DNA of 64,000 nt from Octopus sinensis (GCF_006345805.1 NC_043011.1:33554464-33618463), one strand, 5' to 3'. Counted from the first letter of the stretch, positions 1-13,385 are shown. Program-made: numbers and translations. The notes: generated by a model from the sequence alone, not told the origin.

Positions 1-59
1 AACACACACGCACACACGCACACACACGCACACACACCACACACACAAGCACACACGCA

Positions 60-335
60 TCACGTGATCATGTGATCGACCAGATTATCAGCTGTTGTTA
101 CACATTGCTGGTCACAATACGCTTCGCTTCGTTTTAAACTTCGAACGACGCCACCCCGCTGGCTAAGCGAGCACGCTAACATTACCCCCCCCCCATCCCC
201 ACCTCCGATCGAAAGGAGAACTGGAGTAATGTGAAATAAAATGTTTTGCTCAAGAACACAACGCACTGCCCGGTCTCAGAATCGAACTCATGATCTAATA
301 ATCGTAAATGCAACAGCCTAACCACTAGGCCACAA
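60..335 (-). mobile_element. tRNA-derived SINE, family A variant (tail type 2), diverged
   Basis: The reverse complement has a tRNA-like head (GGCCTAGTGGTTAGGG...GAGTTCGATTC). Its tail is homologous to that of 34120-34430. Confidence 0.75.
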
Positions 336-396
336 GCCGAAGCAAGGGAAATTAGTAGACTGACGTTTTAGGTTAACCCGCTTTATCAAAGAAGAG

Positions 397-755
397 TACT
401 CGCGGTCGTAGGATCGCGGTTTCGATTCCCAGACCGGGCGTTGTGAGTGTTTATTGTACGAAAACACCTAAATCTCCACGAGTCTTCGGCAGGGGTGGTG
501 GCGAACCTTGTTGTACCCTTTCACCACAACTTTCTCTAACTCTATCTTCCTGTTTCTGTTGCACCTGTATTTCAAAGGGCCAGCCTTGTCACTGTCTGTG
601 TCACGCTGAATCTCCCCCCGAGAACAATGTCAAGGGTACACGTGTCTGTGGAGTGCTCAGCTACTTGCACGTTAATTTCACGAGCTAGCTGTTCCGTTGA
701 TTGATCGGATCAACTGGAACACTCGTCGCCGTAACCGACGGAGTGCCAACCAACC
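397..755 (+). mobile_element. tRNA-derived SINE family A, 5'-truncated
   Basis: Aligns by eye to the full copies at 29862, 37691 and 60560 (GGTTTCGATTCCCAGACCGGGCG ... GTAACCGACGGAGTGC). Confidence 0.85.
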
Positions 756-1529
756 ATATATTATATATATATATATATATATATGCACACATATATACAT
801 ACATACATACATACATACAAACACACATACATACATATATATATATATATATACACATACAACAAACACATGCATACATATACACATGCATACATATATA
901 CATACATATTTATTCTTGCTTGTGTGTGTGTTTGTAGTTTGATTGTTGTAGGATACGAGATGAATTAGGGAACTAATCTCAATTCTTGTTTGGAACTACT
1001 TCCCTTAATTGTCGAAGCAATTAATTATTCTGTGGAAGCAGGTATGAACATGAACTTCACAGACCTCGATTTGTTGTGTTCTTGAAATAAATGGATTTCA
1101 TCATCGGTTCGAGGATATTGCTTTTGATGAACGAAGTTCCAAGCGAACAGATTCCCCTCTACTTCACTTCCCTTTCTCTGTACGTGTCTATATACATACA
1201 TGCATGCATACGTACATACATACCTGCAGGCATGCATACATACATACATATATGAACATGTCTAGATATGCAACTATTTGCATTAGAATACATACACAAA
1301 GGAAAACATACAAACCTGCATATATATACATAAATATATACATAGGCACATACATACATGCATGCATACATACATACATACATACATACATACATACATA
1401 CATACATGCATACATGCATTTGATACATACATTCATATATACCTAAGAACATACAACAGACTTATGTACGTAAGTACATACGTATATTCTTACAAGAATA
1501 TATTTATATTTTAGTTCGTATATGAATAC

Positions 1530-1586
<57 letters not shown>

Positions 1587-1805
1587 ACTTATAAACAAGG
1601 GCAAAAGAAAAAAATTCCAATGCCAAATATGCCGAAATATAGACTTAATCATCAATAACCATATAATTTATCACTATAAGCACGCGTCTCGAAAGTAAGC
1701 CGATAGAAATTTCTAAAAAATTCGTTATCGGATCGGTCCCAATTTCTGAGTTAATTCATTTAGAATTTTCTCGTCATCGGCGATAAATACGATAAGAAAA
1801 TAAAT

Positions 1806-1845
1806 GAGATACTTACTTGTACCCATGGGTACAAGTAAGTATCTC
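1806..1845. repeat. Perfect 40-bp palindrome
   Basis: GAGATACTTACTTGTACCCA|TGGGTACAAGTAAGTATCTC: 20-bp arms, no spacer. Confidence 0.95.
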
Positions 1846-2269
1846 TGGCAACGATCACGCTCGGATGGTACTCTTAGTGCTCCACTAGCACGGATGCCAG
1901 CCATCGAATTTTGGAAAAAAAAAAAAGATTCTGCTTACCACCACCTCTTATTAAAGTAAATGGTAATAAGTATGTGCTTGATAGCTATTTTTATAGAATG
2001 TTTTATAGCTTAAAGACTTGCTATTTTTACTCTTGTTCATATTCTCAGAAAGTATTTAAAATTCTCTGGGAGGGTTTCGTACGTAATGCGCCTCTTTTGT
2101 CACCTGTCTTTTGATTTATATATACACAAGAAATTCTTTTGAAATTATCGCTGGCGCAAAAATTCTACAGAGCGACAGGTCAGTTCTATTCTGGAAGACG
2201 CTGTGTATCTTTCAAAGCCTGTCAGTTGGGAGAGAGTGTGACAATACAGAAAAGAAGGAAGCACCATTT

Positions 2270-2760
2270 ATGGCACTCAATAATAACAAATCATATCATA
2301 TTCTCATGGATGATTTGAAACATTGCAAAGAATAAAGATCAAAATAGATTCTTTAAAACAGACAGTTCGGAGATTTAGTGAAGATATTGGGATGGCATTT
2401 GGGATAGAAACGTGTCGAGTTTTAAATCTGAAAGGAGAAAATATTAAAGAAATTATGAAAACAGGTAAATACACAAAGTTATATATAATTAGATTTAACA
2501 GATTTGAAAATGACGATAGAAAAGTGATATGATGGAAATTTTTAGAAGAGAATTCTTGAGAAGGTTAACAATTATTGCTTAAATTAATTAAATGATAAAA
2601 ATAAGACTAGCTATTGAGCTATGCGCCATATTTCTTTTGAGATATTGTGGAATAATCCGAAAATGGAATCAACTAGAGAAGGTTGGATTAAATAGGAAAA
2701 CTCGTAAAACAATTACCATAAATATAGATTTATGTGACGTTAATAAGATCTATTTAAATT
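2270..2760 (+). pseudogene. Decayed reverse transcriptase fragment of an R4/Dong-like non-LTR retrotransposon
   Basis: Frameshifted peptides HILMDDLK, DSLKQTVRRFSEDIGMAFGIETCRVL and LLRYCGIIRKWNQLEKVGLNRKTRK resemble the R4-clade HLLFMDDLK...FS.DIGM.FG..KC...DRKTRK motifs. Confidence 0.75.
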
Positions 2761-2894
2761 TAAGTCTCTGGTCGATCATAAAACCTATGACTCAAAAGAC
2801 CGAAGATTTACTCGGTTTTGATAGCATATAAGCGACGGAGATCGGAACGCTACTCATGAGCAGGTCTGTTGCCAGTTCTATATCTTTACCTCTA

Positions 2895-3171
2895 TTATTC
2901 TTTTACTTGTTTCAGTCATTTGACTGCAGCCATGCTGGGGCACCGCTTTTAGTCGAGCAAATCGACCCAAGGACTTATCCTTTGTAAAGCCTAGTACTTA
3001 TTCTATCGGTCTCTTTTGCCGAACCGCTAAGTTACTGTGACGTAAACACACCAGCATCAGTTGACAAACACAGATACATTCATACACACATACATACATA
3101 CATACATACATACATACATACATACATACATACAGAATAAATACATACATACATATATATATATGTATATA

Positions 3172-3213
<42 letters not shown>

Positions 3214-3367
3214 GACGGGCTTCTTTCAGTTTCCGTTTGCCAAATCCACTCACAAGGCTTTGGTCGGCCCGAGGCTATAGCAGAAAACACTTGCCTAAGG
3301 TGCCACGCAGTGAGACTGAACCTGGAACCGTGTGGTTGGTAAGCAAGCTACTTACCACACAGCCACT
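2895..3367 (-). mobile_element. SINE family B (internal microsatellite)
   Basis: Head GTGGCTGTGTGGTAAG, CORE-like CCTTAGGCAAGTG, internal (TA)/(CATA) tract and tail CAGTCAAATGACTGAAACAAGTAAAAG. Confidence 0.85.
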
Positions 3368-3589
3368 TTTTCTTTTTTGTAAAGTCAGGTACTTATTCTA
3401 TCCGTCTCTTTTGCCGAACCCCTAAGCTACTGGGGCACAAACACACCAACACTGGTTGTCAAGCGGTGGTGGGGGTGCAAAATCAGACGCAAACACACAC
3501 ACACACACATACACACACACACACACAGATATATGTGATTTCAGCATGCGGTGATGCGGTGACCGTCTAATTAGGACATGCTTGTTCTT

Positions 3590-3639
<50 letters not shown>

Positions 3640-3656
<17 letters not shown>

Positions 3657-3798
3657 CGTCGCCTTTTCTTTCTGCAGAGGAGCGTATATTCAAAACGTGA
3701 GAGACTCTCCATTCTATTTTTCCAGAGCGTAAACCTAATACACTCTGTTTGTTTGTCTTTTCATCTCGTCGTCGTATTTTTTAATCTTTCGCCCTATA

Positions 3799-3800
<2 letters not shown>
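3640..3800 (+). mobile_element. Short hammerhead-motif element (family H1), degenerate
   Basis: CTTT CTGCAGA G GAGC GTAT ATTC AAAAC GTG AGAGAC at about 3668-3705. The 3' part is homologous to the copy at 6410-6612. Confidence 0.5.
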
Positions 3801-3876
<76 letters not shown>

Positions 3877-3944
3877 GAAACAGATAGAAAGGCCGATTGA
3901 AAAATGGCGTAACGTATTAATTTAGGAAAAATATAGAATAGCTT

Positions 3945-4201
3945 GTGGAGGCGCGCGGCTTAGTGGTTAGGGTGTCAGCATGATGATCGTAAGATTGTGG
4001 TTTCGATTCCTGGACCGGGTGACGCTTTTTGTTGAGCAAAACACTTTATTTCACGTTGCTCCAGTCCACTCAGCTGGCAAAAATGAGTAACGCTGCGATG
4101 GACTGGCGTCCCATCCAGCTGGGGAACACAAACGCCATTGAAACCGGGAAACCGGGTCCATGAGCCTGGCTAGGCTTTAAAAAGACGCATTTATTTATTA
4201 T
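3945..4201 (+). mobile_element. tRNA-derived SINE, family A variant with V-domain-like tail
   Basis: tRNA-like head, TTGAGCAAAACACTTTA core and CTGCGATGGACTGGCGTCCCATCCAG tail. TSD TATAGAA(T/C)AGCTT at 3932-3944 and 4202-4214. Confidence 0.85.
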
Positions 4202-4330
4202 TATAGAACAGCTTAGTAAAGACAGAACATTTAATACTGAAGAATGTATGGTACCAAGAGGAGATAAACCGAAAGAAGAAGAAAAACACTGGAGTAATAA
4301 GAAAAAATATGAACAGTAATTTAGCTATCT

Positions 4331-4558
4331 CTTTTTACTCTTTTTACTCTTTTACTTGTTTCAGTTATTTGACTGCGGCCATGCTGGAGCACCGCTTTTA
4401 ATCGAGCAACTCGACCCCGGGACTTATTCTTTTGTAAGCCCAGTACTTATTCTATCGGTCTCTTTTGCCGAACCGCTAAGTAACGGGGACATAAACACAC
4501 CAGCATCGGTTGTCAAGCAATGCTAGGGGGACAAACACAGACACACAAACACATACAC

Positions 4559-4602
<44 letters not shown>

Positions 4603-4765
4603 GACAGGCTTCTTTCAGTTTCCGTCTACCAAATCCACTCACAAGGCATTGGTCGGCCCGGGGCTATAGCAGAAGACACTTGCCCAAGATGTCACGCAGT
4701 GGGACTGAACCCGGAACCATGTGGTTGGTTAGCAAGCTACTTACCACACAGCCACTCCTGCGCCT
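4331..4765 (-). mobile_element. SINE family B, full length
   Basis: Complete head (AGGCGCAGGAGTGGCTGTGTGG), internal (TA)n and (AAAAGAGT)n tail. Confidence 0.9.
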
Positions 4766-6349
4766 ATCTATTTCTTTTTCTTTTTCTTTTTGTTTTTTGA
4801 GGGAAATGGATGAATACGTAGATATGTGCATAGATCATAGTATGGAATTTGAAATATCTACTATAAATAACAAAATAAAATGAAAACGCCCTTTAATCTT
4901 TAATGGATTGCTAGATTCTCCAATGTAAACTTTATTTTCACTAAAATATCTCAAAGACAAATCAAAGAAAAATCAGATTTCAGAACCAGTCGACTTGGTA
5001 GAGTTATGACTCTCCATCTTTATCTTTAGCGTTATCGCTCTGCTGTTTTTCTATCATTCTGTCTCTTTTTGTTTGTTTGTTTGTTTGCTTCTTTTTCTTC
5101 TTGCTATGCCCTTCTCTCACTTCCCCCTATTTCCCGCTCTCTCCCATTCTCTCGAGACTATAAAATATAGCTTGAGATCAAACTAACACAATTTCATCTA
5201 TCCAACTTATGTAACCCATCTCACCTCAGTATTTGGATACCAGGGTAAGCAGCTCAGCTCTGTTAAACATGTAGTATGTTAAAATAATGCCTAAGAAAGA
5301 AAGAAGACACACAGAAACGCGCTCTGCAAGAAAAGGAAGTAGTAAAGTCAGTGCTAACACACATAATGTTGCAAATCCAAGGCATTTTAATTATTAAAAA
5401 AGTTACACCCTTAATGATAAAAAAGAAAGAAACATTACCCAACCGATTAATTGTGGTCAGAAAGGCAAGGCAGAAATTTGCCGAAATTTTGATTAATTAA
5501 AATTAATTACAAATAGAATGAAAGCAATGCACCGGGGCTTTTGCGTTGTTCTGAGCCATGCCATATGTTGTTGGATGACTTCTGAGTTACAGAAAAACGT
5601 GAAGTCAGTTAACGGAAAACGAAACGCAATATATATATATATATATATGAAATATGGCTGTTGTTGTTTAATTTGAAAATTGAACTTGCGCTAATGTTTG
5701 AGATCAATATCCGGGATATTCAATAGACTTGAAAACATTTTATTTGGTTTAGGCTTTCTCTGATACTGGTTCTGATATTTTTCTCCTTTTCTCCAAAACT
5801 TAAAGACACCAAAGATGAATCATAGTGATTCGTTAGATCGGGCAACTTGAAGAGTCTCTGAGAAACAGTACACTAGATTTTTCTATATTGCTGCCTTCTC
5901 CACACGAATATTACATGTGTAAATGTTCTCAGCATACCTGACAGCTGCTTTCAAAAACTTCGCCATTTATTGAGTTCTAGAGCATGAAACACCAAGAAAC
6001 AGCTGTTTCAGTACTGAACTCTAAAACTATTTACCTAGTGATCCTGGCTCATGAACATAAATTTCTGTACCTGTGCCATAAAGTCGTTTTATTTCTACAT
6101 AAAATATAATAAAATAAAATACAGAAAGAAAAAATATGCAAATCTTTATTTAGAGTAACATTAATAAAATTTCCTTTGGGTTTCCTGGGATGTTTTTCTC
6201 TCTACAATACCATAAGGAGTAAGAGTTATTGAAACATTAATGCATCTTACAATGCTATTATTTCGGTACACATACTGAATATATATTGCTACTATACAAT
6301 TTACACAGCTATATATTCATACATATGTACACATAACAGATTTACTACT

Positions 6350-6404
<55 letters not shown>

Positions 6405-6409
6405 ATATA

Positions 6410-6612
6410 ACGGGAAGGTTTACGAAAATAAACACAAGACGAAGGCAGGTGGAGTACAAACAAACAAATGTATTAGTATGGCGCTCAGGAATAGAAACAG
6501 AACAGGTCTTTTACGTTTCGAGCCTGCGCTCTTTGACAGAAAGATACACAGAAAAGAAACAAAGAGAGAAACAAGGAGAGAAAAAAATGCGTGTAGGAGC
6601 TAACGGTCTATC
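6410..6612 (-). mobile_element. Short hammerhead-motif element (family H1) between (TA)n tracts
   Basis: Reverse complement of 6508-6543 reads CTTT CTGTCAA A GAGC GCAG GCTC GAAAC GTA AAAG. Homologous to copies at 3640, 7350, 16040, 57845 and 62567. Confidence 0.7.
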
Positions 6613-6613
6613 A

Positions 6614-6646
<33 letters not shown>

Positions 6647-6981
6647 ACACATATATATACACACACACATATATATCTATATATATATACTCACAAACAC
6701 GCAAACAAACACACACATATCCTTTAACAAGAACAATATGATATTAACAGTGACTTCGAAGACTATTTTTATTATAACATAAAAGCAATGTTTCTATACC
6801 GAGTTATAAATAAAAACAACTTTACATTAAACTGAAGAATGAGTCAATGCATTTTGCTGAGTATATATCTATTATTCTTTAACACGAAGAGTGTTGAGTG
6901 TGATTTCGAAGTTTCTGATTTAAGCAAAAGCAGGCTGAATATCAGAGTCACTGTCAGTACTGTTTCTGTTATTTGATTATT

Positions 6982-7059
<78 letters not shown>

Positions 7060-7060
7060 G

Positions 7061-7094
<34 letters not shown>

Positions 7095-7122
7095 AAATAT
7101 GTTTGGATTAATGACTCCCCAT

Positions 7123-7154
<32 letters not shown>

Positions 7155-7349
7155 GGGGAGTCGTTAATCCCAACATATTTTTTTCTCTTGCCGTTTTCTC
7201 TCTATCACTCTCTGTCTTTATCTCCCTCTTTCACTCTCTCTCTTTCTTTCCATCTTTCTCTCTCTCTTCCTCTCGCTCTTTCTCTCTCTCTTTCTCTCTC
7301 ACTCTCTCTTTCTCCCTCCCTCCCCCTGTCTCTCTACCCCTTCTCCATT

Positions 7350-7476
7350 TTCTCCCTCTCATCCTTTTCTATCGATGATCACAGGCTCGAAACGTCAAAG
7401 ACTTTTCCATTTGTCCCAAGCATTAAACTAATACACCTGCTTGTTATTCCCACACCTGTCTCTGCCTTTTGTTTGT
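7350..7476 (+). mobile_element. Short hammerhead-motif element (family H1)
   Basis: CTTTT CTATCGA T GATC ACAG GCTC GAAAC GTC AAAG at about 7364-7400, followed by (TA)n. Confidence 0.6.
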
Positions 7477-7932
7477 ATATATATATATATATATAATATA
7501 TATATATATATATAATTATATATATATATATATATAATATATGGAGAAAATATATTCCCACGCAAAAAGAATGTAGGGGAATCGGTTTAGTATTTGAATA
7601 AATCTATCACAAAATTTTAAACCGACAATACATTTTGAGATTCAGATTCCTTTTCAAACCCCCGAAACAAATCTACACACATACATACATACATACATGC
7701 ATACATACATGCATACGTGCATGCATACATACATACATACATACATACATACATACATACATACATACATACATACATACATACAGACATACATACATAC
7801 ATGCATGCATGCATACATACATACATACATACATAAATATGTATACGTACGAATGTGCGTGTATATGCCTATGTGTGTGTGTGTATACACACATACACAC
7901 ACACGTATAGGCATATACACATACGCACTTTT

Positions 7933-7967
<35 letters not shown>

Positions 7968-8083
7968 CATATATATGTAGTTACTGCTTACACCCTAGAG
8001 TACGCCAGTGATTCTCAATCTTTTAGATTTCGTGATGTACTGGAGATCAAAACATTAAATTACTCACACTATCCGCAGGGAAA

Positions 8084-8135
<52 letters not shown>

Positions 8136-8161
8136 TAATAATAATAATAATAATAATAAAT

Positions 8162-8715
8162 GCCCTGATGCAGTACCAGGCAGTGGCTCTCGTGGCTTCT
8201 GATCTTAACTGATTGGAAGTGTTATCATGTACATTGTTTTGTCTTGGTATAAGAGATGGGCTACAGCAAATATTCTGCTCAATGCCACAGATTTGCTTGT
8301 CAGTTGTTTGACCTTAACCAGTTGAACATGTCCCTTAGTGGCTGACGTTATGTGCATCTCTGATCACGAGCAGAAGTAGTGGGGGAGCATCATAGCCATG
8401 TGTTGAGAGGAATTCTTTGGGGTTTGAATAATTCACCTCTGGAAACATGGGTGGTTCTTTCAACATCCTTAAACAACCCTTATTCAGGGACCTTTTGAGC
8501 GGGATGGGCTACTCAACCTGAAGAAAATTCTAACTGGGCCCCACCTGCAAGGTCATGTGCTGTTTATTTTGATATGAGATCACCATGTCGCGCACATATG
8601 GTTGTGATGCATGTGCCTAGTGTACCCTTATCAGACGGGTAGTCATGATGGGTATATTGGGCTTCGTATATTTTACCCCAGTGTAACTTTGATGGCATGC
8701 ACTGCTCTCTCACTC
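8162..8715 (+). mobile_element. Non-coding element of about 555 bp inserted in (AAT)n
   Basis: Near-identical to 55680-56231, with further copies at 40019-40553 (-) and 14405-14792 (-). Flanked by (AAT)n on both sides. Confidence 0.9.
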
Positions 8716-8770
<55 letters not shown>

Positions 8771-9851
8771 TTATTGGTGCACTTTGTATGGAAAGTTTTA
8801 TACAATCTGTGTTCAAAAGTTAAAAAAATTTAGAAATGAAGAAAATCATTATAAACCAATTACATACTTCGTTTCAAGTATCCATACTTACGTATAACAA
8901 ACATTATGTATAAATCGGAGCTGGATTAGTGGGTGATGATATGCCTAGGGTGACGCTCTTATGTGGACGGAACTTTAGGTTCTGCTGTATAAGCATGTTT
9001 AGGCTGTACTGAAATAAAAGCCACCGAGGTGCTCAAGAACATAACGCACAGCCCGGTCCAGGAATCGAACTCACTATCTCACGATTGTTAGACTTTCGCT
9101 CTAACCACTGAGCCATGTAAATGGCTGAATATTCCAAAGACATGTATGTCTTTAACGTAATCTTCATGCAAAAGCGACGAGACACTGAATGTAGGGGACT
9201 GGACTTTAGAATTACTGGCAGAATCAATCTGACGAGCTTCCGTGCAGTTTCCGTCTACTGAGTTTGGACTGACTCGAAGTTATAGTAAAAGACACACTCC
9301 ACAGAATCGTATCGAACGTGCGACTTCGTGATTGCGAAACGAGACTTTTAACCATCCGGCCATGTATAAACCATGTACATGCATATGTTTTGAAAGCTGC
9401 ACATCGAACGAACGGATCTCACATCGCTTTCGGCGATGTTCGTTCTAGTTGTCCTATAACCAGGGTCACCTGCTTTATTGTATAACATAAGTGGCTATTT
9501 CACACTATCCGGGTATCGGAGAGACCCACCTCGACACACCATGTGGCAGAGACAAGGCTGGGCATTCGAATCACAAATGCAGCTCAACAGATGGGCTTTC
9601 ACACAGTATCACTCGATAATTGGGCCTAGCTAGGAGAAGGGGTAAATGGGACGGTCCACTTTGAGAGACGCTTTTAAAGGAGTGCGGCTCTTTTGGGTCT
9701 ATTGTATAACCCTTTCTAGGCTTGGGCAGGGAGGTTTGTCTGTGGGGAGGCAAATCAAGTACTGCTCCGGGCCGCACCCACTCTAGCTACACCACTGGTC
9801 ACGAAGCTATCATAAGAGAAGTTCTGCAAAGTGACATCACATGACACACTA

Positions 9852-10068
9852 TTTTACTCTTTTACTTGCTTCAGTCATTTGACTGCGCCTATGCTGGAGC
9901 ACCGCCTTTAGTTGAACAAATCGACCCCAGGACTTATTCTTTATAAGCCTAGTACTTATTTTATCGTTCTTTTATGCCGAACCGCTAGGTTACGGGGACG
10001 TAAACACACGACCATCAGTTGTCAAGCGATGGTGGGGGGAGACAAACACAGACACACAAACATATACA

Positions 10069-10112
<44 letters not shown>

Positions 10113-10162
10113 ATATATATACATACATATACATATACATATATATATATATTATATATATA

Positions 10163-10197
<35 letters not shown>

Positions 10198-10361
10198 CGA
10201 CGGGCTTCTTTCAGTTTCCGTCTGCCAAATCCACTCGCAAGGCTTTGGTCGGCCCGAGGCTATAGTAGAAGACACTTGCCCAAGGTGCCACTCAGTGGGA
10301 CTGAACCCTGAACCATGTGGTTTGTAAGCAAGCTACTTACCTCACAGTCACTCCTGCACCT
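9852..10361 (-). mobile_element. SINE family B
   Basis: Same architecture as 4331-4765. Confidence 0.85.
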
Positions 10362-11132
10362 ATAAAAAGAGATACCGCTGCCCCAGGTGAGCAATACATA
10401 GAAGTTCTTCTTTTCTTCCATGAGCCCTCATCTCCCAAAGGAATCACAGATGTGCTTTTGGGACTTGCAGTATGCGCTTAACATTTTATATGAGGCGAAG
10501 CTCATCTCTCCGTAGGTTTAAATACAACCAATTTCTGCCCAAAGGAAAGGGAGCAAGAAAGTCTGAAAGAGAAAGAAAAGCAACCCCAGTAATTGTTATT
10601 TATTTATTCGCCTCAAAATGCTGAAAGTCCGAGGTGACGTCGCCAGGATTTGAACTCAAACTGCGGAAAGCCAGAAAAAATATCGCAAGGCGTTCTAGCT
10701 GACACTTTAACGACTATGTGACAACACAAAACGTATACTTCGCCCACATAGAAAAAAAAAAAGCTTTAGACTCAGGCTGTTCACATTTAATTGATGCTAC
10801 ATGTTATTTATGATAATCACTAAGATATTTGATTAATCGGAAAAAGAAAAAATTAAAATCAGGTGAGAGACAGAGAGAAAGAGAAATAGAGAAAGAGCGA
10901 TAGAGAGACAGAGTGAGAGATAGAGAGAGACTATGGTGGAAGAGAATAAGAGCAAAGACAGGAAAGAAATAAACTGAGGTGGCGGAAAGAGATCAACGAT
11001 ATTATCGCGAGAACTAAGGATGTGATGGGAAATAAGTCGGTGGAGAAATGATATATAAATGACAAAAGCAACTGAAGACATATATACATACACACATACA
11101 TACACAAATCATTTGTCTTTCTTCCGCTCTTC

Positions 11133-11195
<63 letters not shown>

Positions 11196-11199
11196 CCGG

Positions 11200-11266
<67 letters not shown>

Positions 11267-11589
11267 CCGCGTCTCTTAATAGCCTTCCGTATCACCCATA
11301 CCGTTCTCTTCTTAAACCGTCGTATCGCATCACCTCGTATAAATTACAAGACAGTGAAACAAACGTTGCCTGAGCTAACTGTCGCATACACTGAATCTAG
11401 CAATCATTAATTATCACCAACCAACGGTGTGTAGGATGTAGATCGAGTGACCGCATAGCGGGGGAACTTCTATGTCGTCATACGATCTGCCAGAAACATA
11501 AACTAAATCTCCCTTCAAGCCATACCATAGCATAAAGACATAAAAAGGGACACATGAAATAATCGATTCTTAAATACGCTACCAAGTTA

Positions 11590-11654
<65 letters not shown>

Positions 11655-11675
11655 TAATAATAATAATAATAGTAC

Positions 11676-11732
<57 letters not shown>

Positions 11733-11734
11733 TC

Positions 11735-11930
11735 TAAGCACAAGGTCTTGAAGATTTTGGGGGAAGGAGGCTAGTCGATTACTTCGACCACAGTGTGTAA
11801 CTGGTACTTATTTCATCGACCCCGAAAGGATGAAAAGCAAGGTCAACCTCAGCGGAATTTTGACTCAGAGTGTAAGGGCGGACAATATGCCGCTATGCAT
11901 TTTCCCCGGCATGTTAACGAATCTACCGAC
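11735..11930 (-). mobile_element. SINE family C (Meta/MESC-like domain)
   Basis: The reverse complement contains GACCTTGCTTTTCATCCTTTCGGGGTCGATGAAATAAGTACCAG. Confidence 0.75.
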
Positions 11931-11931
11931 C

Positions 11932-11968
<37 letters not shown>

Positions 11969-12004
11969 GTTGTTGTTGTTGTTGTTGTTGTTGTTATTAT
12001 TAAG

Positions 12005-12410
12005 AAGGCAGCGAGCTGGCAGAATCGTTAGCACGCCGGGCGAAATGCCCAGCAGTATTTCGTCTGTTGCTACGTTCTGAGTTCAAATTCCTCCGAGGTC
12101 GACTTTGCCTTTCATCCTTTTGGGGTCGATTAAATAAGTACCAGTTACGCACTGGGGTCGATATAATCGACTTAATCCGTTTGTCTGTCCTTATTTGTCC
12201 CTTCTCTGTTTAGCCCCTTGTGGGTAGTAAAGAAATAGGTATTTCGCCCGTCGCTATGTTTTGAGTTCAAATTCCACAGAGGTTGACTTTGCCTTTCATC
12301 TTTTCGGTGTCAATAAATTAAGTGCCAGTAAAACACTGGGGTCGGTGTAATCGACTAGTCCCCTCCCCTCAAAATTTCAGGCCTTGTGCCTATAGCAGAA
12401 AGGGTTATTA
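12005..12410 (+). mobile_element. SINE family C, with a second partial unit in tandem
   Basis: Head AAGGCAGCGAGCTGGCAGAATCGTTAGC. The core GACTTTGCCTTTCATC...GATAAATTAAGT occurs twice. Confidence 0.85.
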
Positions 12411-12429
12411 TCATTATCATTACTATTCA

Positions 12430-13385
12430 GCCGTCTTATATATTTTATTGCGCGCTTTCTCTGCTCTACCGGGTAGAGCTCAGTGAACGTTTGTTATGTC
12501 CTATATTTTGTTTAAGTTCTGTTATTTTACTGTATTGAAAGTGCCCTACATGTGTGTGCATGGTGACTCACAATGTTATTTTCCGAATGTTATGCATAAT
12601 TGTAAGCCCTGAGTTTGTCGTTACGTATTTGTCTGCGTGGTTTTAATAATTGCTAGAGTATTTATAATTATGGAGATTGCTTCTGTTTTCGGGTCACTCC
12701 ACTCCATTTGGGTTATCTTTTTTTCTAGATTTTTGTATCTAAATAATTTATCCATCCATTTTAGAAATACATTATAATCGGCTGCAACTGATATATCGGT
12801 TAGAAGGCATTTCTTTTCCTAGTTCATCCTTGACAACAATATCTGGTCGGTTAGCCTTGTTGTCCTTGAGTGTATGCTTTGGTGTGTCCCAGACTATGAT
12901 TACATTACCATTTTCGGAGACCTTCTCTGGTTTATGTGTATACTATCTCTTTTCTCATGCTATTTCATAATGCTGTTATAATTTCCATTGTATCTAAGTT
13001 TTAATTCCCCTGTGTTTGTAGAATTCTTTCTTTGTTACAACAAAGTAGTCACTGATAATGCACTTAATTGTTTCTCCCCCATCGCCACCTATTCTGTAGT
13101 TATTTACTATGATCTGCTTCATTATATACTTTTGGTGGTTTCTCGTGGGAAAGCTTTGGTCCTATGCCAAAATAAAGAAACATTCTGTCTATCTTTTCAA
13201 CTCACGCGCTTCACAACCAGTTTATTTATTGTTTTTTTTTTTATTTGTCTCTTCTCATTCTCTTCAATTTCTTGCAGTATTGGCCACGTACGACTTTTCC
13301 TAACATCATTTTATTATGGCATTCTGTAGTTCCAATTCCAGTTTAGATTTAGCTGTTCCACGATTTTTGTCGTTGCTTTTCCGTT
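12430..13385 (-). pseudogene. Decayed 3' region of an R4/Dong-like retrotransposon (restriction-like endonuclease)
   Basis: The minus strand gives YTHKPEKVSENGNVIIVWD...KANRPDIVVKD..., then ...LTDISVAADYNV...KLFRYKNLE after a frameshift. This is a PD-(D/E)xK RLE pattern with stops. Flanked by ATT-type repeats. Confidence 0.75.

Noticed and set aside
678-1655. Many overlapping ORFs rich in YI, HT and MYVC (also at 7617-8011, 28071-28907, 40862-41590, 52230-53222 and 59232-59837)
   Set aside because: These are translations of stop-free microsatellites with no coding signal.
8290-8560. Possible HDV-like ribozyme or U2-derived head in the 555-bp element
   Set aside because: Only a simple hairpin could be formed; the P1.1/P2 pseudoknot was not satisfied and the U2 similarity was too short.
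9390-9800. Complex GC-richer block, possibly a decayed retroelement zinc-knuckle region or MITE end
   Set aside because: Motifs are too eroded to assign without a search.
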